This document shows, one piece after another, positions 28,023-36,816 of a stretch of DNA of 64,000 bases. Origin of the DNA: Candidatus Latescibacterota bacterium (GTDB lineage: Bacteria; Latescibacterota; UBA2968); contig OZ220741.1 of NCBI GenBank assembly GCA_965116885.1, positions 5,120,001 through 5,184,000 of the forward strand, in the 5' to 3' direction. A program made the position numbers and the translations under genes. Position 1 is the first letter of the stretch; every line of letters starts with the position of its first letter. Below the pieces are notes generated by a model. It was not told the DNA's origin. It saw only the letters and a list, made by a program, of their open reading frames with translations, and made no database searches.

Positions 28023-29810
28023 ATGCAGAAGGATTATTCTGAAGTCAAAGGTCAACTGCGAAGTCAAGAGTGGTTCAACAACCCGCACAACATGGGCATG
28101 ACAGCCGTCTATGTCGAACGCTACATGAACTATGGCTGGACGCGCGAAGAACTCCAATCGGGCAAACCCGTTATCGGCATCGCGCAAACGGGTGGCGACC
28201 TCACCCCCTGCAATCGCATTCACGTCGAACTGGTCGATCGCGTCAAAGCAGGTATCCGCGACAACGGCGGCATACCCTTTGAATTTCCCGTACACCCCAT
28301 TGCCGAACAGGGCAAACGGCCCACGGCTGCCCTCGACCGCAACCTCGCCTACCTCGGGCTGGTCGAAATCCTGCACGGCTATCCCATCGACGGCGTCGTC
28401 CTCACCACCGGATGCGACAAAACCACACCCGCCTGCATCATGGCAGCCTGCACCATGAACCTGCCCGCCATCGTACTCTCTGGCGGTCCCATGCTCGATG
28501 GGCACTGGCGCGGACGTCTGGCCGGATCGGGTACAGTTGTCTGGGAAGCTCGCGAACGCTACGCGGCTGGTGAAATCGACTACGATGGCTTCATGGATAT
28601 CGTCACATCATCCTCGCCCAGTGTGGGCCACTGCAACACAATGGGAACCGCCCTATCCATGAACGCATTGGCCGAAGCACTTGGATTATCGCTTACCGGA
28701 TGTGCGGCCATCCCCGCACCCTATCGCGCCCGCAAGCAAATGGCCTATCGCACGGGTCTGCGCATCGTCGATATGGTCAAAGAAGATCTCACCCCCGACA
28801 AGGTCCTCACACCAGAAGCCTTCCAAAACGCCATTGTCGTCAACTCAGCGCTCGGCGGTTCGACCAATGCGCCAGTCCACATCACTGCCATGGCGAGACA
28901 CATCGGGCTGGAACTGCCAGCAAAAGACTGGCAAACCCATGGTCACCATATCCCCCTGCTCGTCAACTGTCAGCCCGCAGGTGAATACCTGGGCGAAGCA
29001 TTTTACCGCGCTGGCGGTGTACCCGCTGTCATGGCCGAACTCGTCAAAGCTGGCAAACTCCACACCCACTGCCAGACCGTCACAGGCAAAACCATAGGCG
29101 AAAATCTCAAAGACATCGCCATTGAAGACGAACGCGTCATCAAACCCTATGATCAACCCTTAAAAGAAAGCGCTGGATTCATCGTACTCAGCGGCAACCT
29201 CTTTGAAGCGGGCTTGCTCAAAACCTCTGTAATTGGTGACGACTTTCGCAAAAAATATCTCCAGCGCGAAGGCGATGAAAACGCCTGGGAAGGCACAGCT
29301 GTGGTCTTCGATGGCCCCGAAGATTATCACCATCGCATCAACGACCCCGATTTGCCCATCGACGAAAATGCCCTGCTCTTCGTGCGCTATTGCGGACCCG
29401 TGGGCTATCCCGGCTCAGCCGAAGTCGTCAACATGCTCCCACCCGACCGCCTCGTGCAGGCTGGCATTTCCGAACTGCCCTGCATCGGAGATGGGCGTCA
29501 AAGCGGCACTTCTGCCAGTCCATCCATACTCAACGCCTCACCCGAAGCCACAGTGGGCGGTGGGCTTGCCTTTCTCAAAACGGGCGACCGCGTGCGCATC
29601 GACCTCAACACATGCACGGCCAATGTCCTCATCAGCGATCGGGAACTCGCCCAGCGCAGAAAAGACTGGAAACAACCCGATCTGGTCCACCAGACGCCAT
29701 GGCAGGAAATCTATCGCCAAAATGTGGGACAACTCGCCGATGGCGCATGTATGGAACTGGCAGTCAAATACCAGAATGTGCGCGACAATACCCCGCGTCA
29801 TTCGCATTAA
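28023..29810 (+). CDS. IlvD/Edd-family sugar-acid dehydratase (xylonate/arabinonate-type)
   Basis: PCN, TGCDKTTP, GHCNTMGTA, LGGSTN, GPVGYPG, GDGRQSGTS. Confidence 0.9.
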   Translation: MQKDYSEVKGQLRSQEWFNNPHNMGMTAVYVERYMNYGWTREELQSGKPVIGIAQTGGDLTPCNRIHVELVDRVKAGIRDNGGIPFEFPVHPIAEQGKRPTAALDRNLAYLGLVEILHGYPIDGVVLTTGCDKTTPACIMAACTMNLPAIVLSGGPMLDGHWRGRLAGSGTVVWEARERYAAGEIDYDGFMDIVTSSSPSVGHCNTMGTALSMNALAEALGLSLTGCAAIPAPYRARKQMAYRTGLRIVDMVKEDLTPDKVLTPEAFQNAIVVNSALGGSTNAPVHITAMARHIGLELPAKDWQTHGHHIPLLVNCQPAGEYLGEAFYRAGGVPAVMAELVKAGKLHTHCQTVTGKTIGENLKDIAIEDERVIKPYDQPLKESAGFIVLSGNLFEAGLLKTSVIGDDFRKKYLQREGDENAWEGTAVVFDGPEDYHHRINDPDLPIDENALLFVRYCGPVGYPGSAEVVNMLPPDRLVQAGISELPCIGDGRQSGTSASPSILNASPEATVGGGLAFLKTGDRVRIDLNTCTANVLISDRELAQRRKDWKQPDLVHQTPWQEIYRQNVGQLADGACMELAVKYQNVRDNTPRHSH

Positions 29811-29821
29811 ATCTTTACCTC

Positions 29822-30502
29822 GTGATCTTTCCAACACCCGAAGAATACACCGTCCTCTTTCTATCGCTTAAAGTGGGTCTGCTCTGCGTGGTTATAAGCC
29901 TGCCCTTTGCCGTATTGTTGGGCTGGGTGCTGGCGCGCAAAAACTTTCGCGGCAAGCTCGTCCTCGACGGTTTGTGTCACTTGCCACTTGTATTGCCACC
30001 TGTGGTTGTCGGGTATCTACTCCTCCTCCTGTTGGGTCGCCGGGGTTTTCTGGGTCAAATTTTGAGCGACTGGTTTGGATTGCAAATCGCATTTACCTGG
30101 CGAGGTGCTGTATTAGCCGCTGCTGTAGTGGGTTTTCCACTCATGTTAAGAGCCGTTCGCCTCGCCATCGAAAGTGTTGACCCCCGCCTCGAGCGCGCTG
30201 CCCGCACCCTGGGTGCCAATCCACTTCGCGCCTTTTTTTCCATAACGCTACGCCTGGCCACCCCGGGCGTACTCGTTGGCTCTCTCCTCGCATTTGCGCG
30301 CAGCCTGGGCGAATTTGGCGCCACCATCACCTTTGTCTCCAATATCGCTGGCGAAACCCGCACACTCCCACTCGCCATTTTCACGTACATCAACCAGCCC
30401 GACGGTGAAGCTGCTGCCGCACGCCTCGTCTTACTCTCCATCATCCTATCTCTGGGCGCGCTCATCGCCAGTGAGGGCATCGCCCGCAAAATGAAAAATT
30501 AA
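29822..30502 (+). CDS. modB: Molybdate ABC transporter permease
   Basis: LSLKV, HLPLVLPPVVVGY, ARTLGA, FARSLGEFGAT, TRTLPLAIF; start set at GTG 29822. Confidence 0.92.
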   Translation: MIFPTPEEYTVLFLSLKVGLLCVVISLPFAVLLGWVLARKNFRGKLVLDGLCHLPLVLPPVVVGYLLLLLLGRRGFLGQILSDWFGLQIAFTWRGAVLAAAVVGFPLMLRAVRLAIESVDPRLERAARTLGANPLRAFFSITLRLATPGVLVGSLLAFARSLGEFGATITFVSNIAGETRTLPLAIFTYINQPDGEAAAARLVLLSIILSLGALIASEGIARKMKN

Positions 30503-30507
30503 CCACC

Positions 30508-31569
30508 ATGCTCACCCTTTGTGTACACAGGCAACTCGCCGAATTTACCCTCGAAATCAATGTGACGTGCGCCTATCCCGTCACCGCGATATTTGGACCT
30601 TCGGGCTGCGGCAAAACCACCCTCTTGAATCTCATAAGCGGTCTGATGCGACCAGATAGCGGCCAAATCAGCATTGATGACACCATTTTATTCGACGCTG
30701 AAAAAGGCATTGACCTGCCTCCGGAAAAGCGACGCATCGGCCATGTATTTCAAGACGATTTGCTTTTTCCACACCTGAACGTGCGCCAAAATCTCCTGTA
30801 CGGGTACCAATTTCTCGCGCCATCAAAACGCAAATTTCATCCCAATGCCATTATCGACCTGCTCGAATTAAACACCCTGCTCGACCGCCTCCCAAATCTC
30901 CTCTCAGGTGGTGAACGCCAGCGCGTCGCCCTGGGCCGAGCCATCCTGACTTCTCCCAGACTGCTCATCATGGATGAACCCTTGACCGCGCTCGATCAAG
31001 AGCTCAAAGACCGCATCATGCCCTATCTGCGCCACATTCGCACGGATCTGGGCATCCCCATGCTCTACGTCAGCCACGCAATTGGTGAAATTCTGCAACT
31101 CACCGGACAAGTCATCGTACTCAACCGCGGGCAAGTACTCGCGCATGGAGACTTCTTTTCTATCGCTCACCAGCCCAAAATTCTACCCCTGCTCGAAGCG
31201 CATGGTTTTGAAAATGTCCTGCCCGTTGAAGTCATCTCATCCAATCGCGTACAATACAACAATCAAATCCTCCATATCCCTCCCTGTGACCGCAGACCGG
31301 GCACGCATATCTTCATAGGCATCCGGGCAAACGACATTATTTTGTCCCGGCAGCGACCTGAGGGTTTAAGCATTCGCAACGCCCTCTCCGGACGGATTCT
31401 CGACATCGTTGAAACGCATGGGCGACGCCTCGTGTATATCGACGTGGGCAAACGCCTCGCCGCTGAAGTTACGCCCGAAGCGATAGAGGAATTGGCCTTA
31501 AAAATCGGCGACCCCGTAATTTGCCTGATAAAAACACACGCCATTCGCATAGGTCCAGATATCTCTTGA
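30508..31569 (+). CDS. modC: Molybdate ABC transporter ATPase
   Basis: GPSGCGKTT, LPPEKRRIG, LSGGERQR, C-terminal TOBE/Mop (LSIRN). Confidence 0.92.
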   Translation: MLTLCVHRQLAEFTLEINVTCAYPVTAIFGPSGCGKTTLLNLISGLMRPDSGQISIDDTILFDAEKGIDLPPEKRRIGHVFQDDLLFPHLNVRQNLLYGYQFLAPSKRKFHPNAIIDLLELNTLLDRLPNLLSGGERQRVALGRAILTSPRLLIMDEPLTALDQELKDRIMPYLRHIRTDLGIPMLYVSHAIGEILQLTGQVIVLNRGQVLAHGDFFSIAHQPKILPLLEAHGFENVLPVEVISSNRVQYNNQILHIPPCDRRPGTHIFIGIRANDIILSRQRPEGLSIRNALSGRILDIVETHGRRLVYIDVGKRLAAEVTPEAIEELALKIGDPVICLIKTHAIRIGPDIS

Positions 31570-31609
31570 GACCCTCGCCACCTCCATTTTGAAAAAAAAT
31601 TAAAATTTC

Positions 31610-31638
31610 TGAAACCCATTCACAACCTGCACTGTCTA
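31610..31638 (+). promoter_or_regulatory. Putative ECF-sigma promoter
   Basis: TGAAAC-N17-TGTCTA preceded by an A/T-rich UP-like tract. Confidence 0.5.
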
Positions 31639-31741
31639 TTTATGTGACATTGGGTAACTATTTTATCACTTTTTGTTTCAAAGTGCATCCAAAGGGATGT
31701 AACAGTGAAGATGAAATTTGCAAAAAATTCCGATTTCTTCC

Positions 31742-31770
31742 TTGACGTATCGGAGTTCTCTAACTATCTT
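31742..31770 (+). promoter_or_regulatory. Putative sigma70 promoter
   Basis: TTGACG-N17-TATCTT. Confidence 0.5.
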
Positions 31771-32029
31771 TTTAAAGCTAAACAGTATTGTTGCAATCCA
31801 TCAATCTCAAACAGGGAATCCATCGTGTATATTCGTAAACCCGCACCACAGGGCTGAGTTTCCTGGAACGACATCCAGGGTAACACCTTTACACAAGAGA
31901 TTTTCGTGTTCAATCTCGCCATTGTTGCCTTTAACAGTCCTATCCAGGATAGCTCGCAATTTGATTGCACGCGCTCTTATTGCGCCTGGAGAGGACTATA
32001 TGGCTTGTTGAATGCATCAAAAAGACACT

Positions 32030-32096
32030 GCCATCCTCTCCGGATGGCTTTTTTTAATGGCCACAGCGCAAAACGAGGCGCGGTGGCCATTTTTTT
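32030..32096 (+). terminator. Two tandem intrinsic terminators
   Basis: GCCATCC-TCTCC-GGATGGC-T7, then AATGGCCAC...GTGGCCATT plus T-tract. Confidence 0.7.
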
Positions 32097-32189
32097 ACAA
32101 GGAGGCACTATGATTATTTGACAAACGCTTGGTAAACAAATATCTGGCTCACCATTTCTCTCCCCTTCATCAGAGAAAGGAGATCTGAT

Positions 32190-32294
32190 ATGATGTCAGT
32201 ACAAACAGAAAGGCCCTCACGCGAGTCTTTGGCGGGACGACGTGAGGACCCCAGATCACACCGACAAGTACATGCGGTGTTCCGCATAATTTAG
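32190..32294 (+). CDS. Possible 34-aa leader/micro-peptide
   Basis: AAGGAG SD 7 nt upstream; MMSVQTERPSRESLAGRREDPRSHRQVHAVFRII. Confidence 0.3.
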   Translation: MMSVQTERPSRESLAGRREDPRSHRQVHAVFRII

Positions 32295-32345
32295 GACAAA
32301 TTTCTGATAACTGCAAATGAAATCACAAACTTGTGGAGAAATTAA

Positions 32346-32543
32346 ATGCAAACCTGGAAGGATGTATTCCGCAGAAAAGAAGAATTGCAAAATCTGAAAA
32401 ATATCGGATTCTGCTTTCTGATCGTCATTGCCCTCATCACGGGGTCTTATGCCCTGACGGGGTTGCGAGACATTTTTCAAGTCTCGCTTGCGGAGCCTAC
32501 CGAATGGGAAGTCACCGCAATACCTGACGATATTGACGAGTAA
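32346..32543 (+). CDS. 65-aa single-TM hypothetical protein
   Basis: GGAG SD; basic N-terminus, TM IGFCFLIVIALITGSYAL, acidic tail; 34 nt upstream of the ECF sigma. Confidence 0.6.
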   Translation: MQTWKDVFRRKEELQNLKNIGFCFLIVIALITGSYALTGLRDIFQVSLAEPTEWEVTAIPDDIDE

Positions 32544-32577
32544 ATAGACAATCATTCACAGAGGGGGGATCCTAACC

Positions 32578-33159
32578 ATGGATTACGCAGAAGAGCGAGA
32601 TCTGGTGCGTCGCACATTAAATGGCGATGCCGGGGCTTTCAACAGCCTTTACAAACGCCATCACGCCCGGATTCTCGCCACACTGATTGGACGAACCAGA
32701 AATCGACACGATGCTGAAGATTTGATGCAAGTGACTTTCTTGCGCGCCTATCGCGGTTTGTCCGGATTCCGCGGGGAGGCCGCATTCTCAACATGGCTAA
32801 TGCAGATTGCCCTGAACGTGTGTACCACGCACATGCGATCCAAACAAGCCCGTAGATCCTGGCAACAAACTATTGAAGATACACAACTCGGTTATCGAGA
32901 TACGTGGGAGCCAGCCAGTACAGAGCGCCCCGACGATGCGTTGTCTCGAAAAGAATGCCGCGAAATGCTCGAAGAAAGCATAGAAGAACTGCCACAGCGA
33001 TATCGCCATGCCGTGCGATTGCGCTATGTAAAGGATCGATCTTATGCAGAAATTGCCAGAGAACTCGGCGTGCCAATGGGCACCCTGAAAACCTGGCTTC
33101 ATCGCGCGCGACACCAGTTGCAAGAATCTCTTAACGACACGGAACTTGCGGCAATGTAA
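32578..33159 (+). CDS. ECF RNA polymerase sigma factor (SigW/RpoE-like)
   Basis: GDAGAF, DAEDLMQVTF, FSTWLMQIALN, SYAEIARELGVPMGTLKTWLHRAR. Confidence 0.93.
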   Translation: MDYAEERDLVRRTLNGDAGAFNSLYKRHHARILATLIGRTRNRHDAEDLMQVTFLRAYRGLSGFRGEAAFSTWLMQIALNVCTTHMRSKQARRSWQQTIEDTQLGYRDTWEPASTERPDDALSRKECREMLEESIEELPQRYRHAVRLRYVKDRSYAEIARELGVPMGTLKTWLHRARHQLQESLNDTELAAM

Positions 33160-33224
33160 AACGTCTTACAAGGTGTTATCGCAATAGCTGTCAAATTTTA
33201 ACATTCAAAGGAGAAATTCATTTT

Positions 33225-33437
33225 ATGCACTGCGACATTTGCGGGCGCGAAAACGCGTACATCCACAAAATCGACCGCCTGTATGGCAAGGGGGACCATA
33301 CCGTCACCATTCGCAATATTCCCCTTGCGATATGTTCGACCTGTGATGAACGCTATTTTGCGCCTCGCATACACGACAACGCCGAACAACTGAGTCCAGC
33401 ACTTCATAAACACTCAGAATCGACCTGTCTTGTATAA
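33225..33437 (+). CDS. YgiT/MqsA-type zinc-finger protein (no HTH)
   Basis: AAGGAG SD; MHCDICG...IRNIPLAICSTCDERYF. Confidence 0.75.
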   Translation: MHCDICGRENAYIHKIDRLYGKGDHTVTIRNIPLAICSTCDERYFAPRIHDNAEQLSPALHKHSESTCLV

Positions 33438-33448
33438 ACAAGCAGCTT

Positions 33449-33486
33449 AAAAAAAGCCGCCGGTACATCTTATCGGCGGCTTTTTT
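33449..33486 (+). terminator. Intrinsic terminator ending the ECF operon
   Basis: A-tract GCCGCCG...CGGCGGC T-tract. Confidence 0.75.
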
Positions 33487-33487
33487 G

Positions 33488-33694
33488 TGTTCATTTTCGG
33501 ACACTACTGTATCAAAATCGGACACTTGCCCACGTAATTAAATTTTGATGAGGTCATTGGTTTTTTTTATTTTTGCCAATATCTTAAATTTTAAAAAAAA
33601 TTAAGCGGTTTATTTACAATAAGTTAAAATAAGTGTAGCCTGAAAAATGTGCTTGAATTATCGATCTCTCAAAAAATTTGGCACGATTTTCGCT
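33488..33694 (+). promoter_or_regulatory. Sigma54 promoter with upstream enhancer-like sites
   Basis: TGGCACGATTTTCGCT at 33679-33694 (GG-N10-GC); TGT-N10-ACA (33488-33503) and TGT-N11-ACA (33508-33524); AT-rich spacer. Confidence 0.65.
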
Positions 33695-33738
33695 AAATAA
33701 AATGCAAACAATCTTTTCAATTTTCAAAGGAGGTTCCC

Positions 33739-36270
33739 GTGCTCAAAAATTACCTGACTATTGCCTTACGAAATCTGGTACGCTACAAAATATACACCGC
33801 GATCAATGCCCTCGGCCTGGCAACAGGCATTGCATTTTGCCTGCTCACATTTCTCTATGTGCGGCACGAATGGACTTATGACCAATTTCACGAAAAATCC
33901 GACCGCATTTTCCGACTCGGAATGTCTGGCGGAACGTATGGCGGAAGAGACAATGCCATACATGTCCGACTATCGGATCAAATTGGACCACTCATGCGAG
34001 AAAACATCCCGCAATTTGCCCATGTTGTGCGGATCAATGAAGGTCCAGGCACTGTATCTCACGGCAACAACACCTTTGAAGTAAAATCTCTGTTCACCGA
34101 CGAAGATTTTTTTCAACTATTCACGTTTCCACTCATTTACGGCGATCCCAAAACCGCTCTTGCAAATCCAAACAGTATTGTCTTAACTCAAAGTGCGGCA
34201 AAAAAATATTTCGGACAAACCGATGTTGTGGGACGAGAAATCAACATCCGCGACAAAATCTGGAACGAGACAGAAAAAACTTTTGTCATAGCGGGTATCG
34301 CACATGACCCCCCTGAAAATTCCAGCATTCAGTTCGATCTGATTTTTTCTCAGGCAAGCCGTCCTTCTTCTAAAAATAAAATAACGTCATTTATCATGAC
34401 ACCAGATGGCAAAACCGAACGCAAAGAAATTACCCCGCCCGTCTTTATGAGGGGAAGAAATGTCACCTATATACAGCTAATTGATAACGTGCAATTGGCA
34501 GACGTGGCTCCTGTTCTGAATGCATTTGTTGAAGCAAACAAAACTTCCAGTGGCAATTTCCACTCTAAACGCAAGACTCCAGATTTGACCTTGCACTTGC
34601 AGCCTATCGCGGATATTCATTTTGATCGCGAAATAACAAATGGACTTTCAGCACCGAGCAACCCCGCATATTCCTACATCCTCGCGGGCATTGCCCTCTC
34701 TGTATTGCTGGTAGCGTGCATCAATTTTACGAACCTCGCCATTGCGCGGTCTGCGACCCGAGCGCGAGAGGTGGGGATACGCAAAGTAGTAGGTGCGATG
34801 CGTTTTCAACTGATGAAACAATTTTGGGGCGAATCTTTGCTGCTCACGGGTGTGGGAATGCTACTGGGGCTTGCACTAACAGAGTTTTTTCTCTCGACCT
34901 TCAATGCTTTAACACAGGTAAATTTAACACTGAATTATCAACCTTCCCTATCTGGCTTACTCTTTGGCATGGTGCTCTTATTGGTTATCAGTCTGGTATC
35001 GGGCATCTATCCGGCACTCGTACTATCGGGTTTTGACCCCATTGCCGTTTTGAAGAACCGATTCAATATCGGCGGCAGGTCCTGGTCTGGTCGCGTCCTC
35101 ATCGTTGGTCAGTTCGTCGTTGCGATTTTATTTTTGATTGCCACCCTTGTAATGTCTCGGCAATTGACATTCTTAAAAGAAAAGAATCTGGGCTTAAATG
35201 AGTCGCAGGTCGTATTGATAACCCCACGCTACTCGTCACCAGACCGTCAGCAACACCACCTGAGATTGCAACTCTTCAAGCAAGAACTCAAACGGCACCC
35301 CCAGATCGTAAACGCGACGCAATCGCGTTTGTTCTCCCACCTGGAAGCGGACTCAGATACCCGCAAAAGCAATATTACATTTCCCAATGGAGAAATCGTG
35401 GAAAAAGCCGAAATTTCCGTAGATTACGACTTCTTTGACACATTAGGTATCAATCTACTGGCAGGACGCAATTTTTCGCCAAACTTTGGCACAGACGCAA
35501 CACAGGCCGTTCTGGTCAATAAAACATTTGTCGAACGCGCGCAATTGGAACAACCTATCAACACAACCTTGCCCATGACGAAGATGATGGCTTCTTTTGC
35601 AACGGGAGATAGCTTACCGAAAGTTCAACAAATAAAAGACCCCAAAATTATCGGTGTCGTAGATGATTTTCACCTGCGGTCACTGCATTATGCCCTGCCT
35701 CCTTTGGTGATATTTTTAGACGCCGTCAGCTTGAGCAGCGATTTCCTTGTACGCATTCGCCCAGAACGCATGGCCGAAACGCTCGCCTTTATGGCTGAAA
35801 AGTGGCAGTCTATTTCGGGAGATGCACCGTTTGACTATGTCTTCCTCGACGAAAATTTTGATCGCCTCTACCGCGAGGAAGAACGCTGGGGCACCATTGT
35901 CCAATACGCCTCCTTCTTCGCGCTCTTTGTCGCATGCCTCGGAGTTCTGGGCCTCACGTCCCTCGCCATTACCCGACGCACCAAAGAAATCGGCATCCGC
36001 AAAGTACTCGGCGCATCGAACCATCACATCGTCGCCTTATTGTCCAGAGAATTTGTGGTGCTTATTCTCATCGCCAACCTGATCGCCTGGCCCATCGCCC
36101 ATTACGGCGTCGAGCACTGGTTGCGAGATTTTGCCTACCGCATCGATGCGGGTATGGGCCTCTTTTTGCTCGGCGGATTGCTCGTCTTTTTAACGGCCCT
36201 GCTCACCATTGGCATTCAAGCCCTCAAAGCCGCACAGCGCAATCCCGTCCACGCCCTGCGATATGAGTGA
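33739..36270 (+). CDS. MacB/FtsX-like ABC transporter permease (tandem MacB_PCD-FtsX)
   Basis: MLKNYLTIALRNL, LLVACINFTNL, REVGIRKVVGA, RRTKEIGIRKVLGAS, NPVHALRYE. Confidence 0.92.
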   Translation: MLKNYLTIALRNLVRYKIYTAINALGLATGIAFCLLTFLYVRHEWTYDQFHEKSDRIFRLGMSGGTYGGRDNAIHVRLSDQIGPLMRENIPQFAHVVRINEGPGTVSHGNNTFEVKSLFTDEDFFQLFTFPLIYGDPKTALANPNSIVLTQSAAKKYFGQTDVVGREINIRDKIWNETEKTFVIAGIAHDPPENSSIQFDLIFSQASRPSSKNKITSFIMTPDGKTERKEITPPVFMRGRNVTYIQLIDNVQLADVAPVLNAFVEANKTSSGNFHSKRKTPDLTLHLQPIADIHFDREITNGLSAPSNPAYSYILAGIALSVLLVACINFTNLAIARSATRAREVGIRKVVGAMRFQLMKQFWGESLLLTGVGMLLGLALTEFFLSTFNALTQVNLTLNYQPSLSGLLFGMVLLLVISLVSGIYPALVLSGFDPIAVLKNRFNIGGRSWSGRVLIVGQFVVAILFLIATLVMSRQLTFLKEKNLGLNESQVVLITPRYSSPDRQQHHLRLQLFKQELKRHPQIVNATQSRLFSHLEADSDTRKSNITFPNGEIVEKAEISVDYDFFDTLGINLLAGRNFSPNFGTDATQAVLVNKTFVERAQLEQPINTTLPMTKMMASFATGDSLPKVQQIKDPKIIGVVDDFHLRSLHYALPPLVIFLDAVSLSSDFLVRIRPERMAETLAFMAEKWQSISGDAPFDYVFLDENFDRLYREEERWGTIVQYASFFALFVACLGVLGLTSLAITRRTKEIGIRKVLGASNHHIVALLSREFVVLILIANLIAWPIAHYGVEHWLRDFAYRIDAGMGLFLLGGLLVFLTALLTIGIQALKAAQRNPVHALRYE

Positions 36271-36365
36271 GAGCAAATAAGGCGTTATGAGAAGATTGGC
36301 CATAACCCATTGATTTTACTTTTTAAAAAAGTTTAATTGTTTTCCATTAAACTGTAAAATTTTCC

Positions 36366-36394
36366 TTGACACCTGTTCTTTTGTTTAGTATTTT
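36366..36394 (+). promoter_or_regulatory. Putative sigma70 promoter of the 98-aa/SSAP operon
   Basis: TTGACA-N17-TATTTT. Confidence 0.55.
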
Positions 36395-36438
36395 TGTGCA
36401 TAGAACGTTGAGACATAATCCTTCGACAGGAGGTAATC

Positions 36439-36735
36439 ATGGCAAGCATTGAGATTCAGACTGAACAGGGAATTGAGGAAATTCTATTGTCCGATTTGAG
36501 TCGGGATTTGCTCAAAGTTGCCGATCGCATTCAGGCCGAGATGCCACATGTACCTTTTGATGACATTCGTCCCGAAGCCCTGGCGCGCGTCGAAGCCGCC
36601 GAGCAAGCTGTCGATACTCTGGCACAAGATTTGTGCAAGGGGCAAGGGGAACTCACTGAGTGGCACGGTGCCCTGACGGCTTACGAATCGGCCTGGTTTC
36701 AGGTTATAGAGTCTTTAGGCGTCCGCAATAATTAA
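36439..36735 (+). CDS. Acidic alpha-helical hypothetical protein (98 aa)
   Basis: AGGAGGT SD; no recognisable motif. Confidence 0.75.
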   Translation: MASIEIQTEQGIEEILLSDLSRDLLKVADRIQAEMPHVPFDDIRPEALARVEAAEQAVDTLAQDLCKGQGELTEWHGALTAYESAWFQVIESLGVRNN

Positions 36736-36816
36736 ATCACATATACTCACGTTTATTTTCGGCAATAAATAACCCGTCGTATTGCCGATTTCCACGAAAG
36801 CAAAGGAGAGATAGCA

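Noticed and set aside
29390..29821. N-terminal extension of ModB in the ORF track
   Set aside because: Overlaps the dehydratase in another frame; ModB similarity starts at 29822.
32000..32113. Selenocysteine read-through of MAC-TGA into the in-frame MHQKD... ORF
   Set aside because: The nearest hairpin starts 18 nt after the UGA and looks like a terminator, not a SECIS; the peptide resembles nothing I recognise.
32279..32306. dif-like site (GTTCCGCATAA)
   Set aside because: Only a XerC-like arm; no TTATGTTAAAT-like XerD arm.
36366..36380. Full LexA box in the SSAP-operon promoter
   Set aside because: TGAC-ACCT-GTTC has two mismatches in the left half; kept only as a weak hint.
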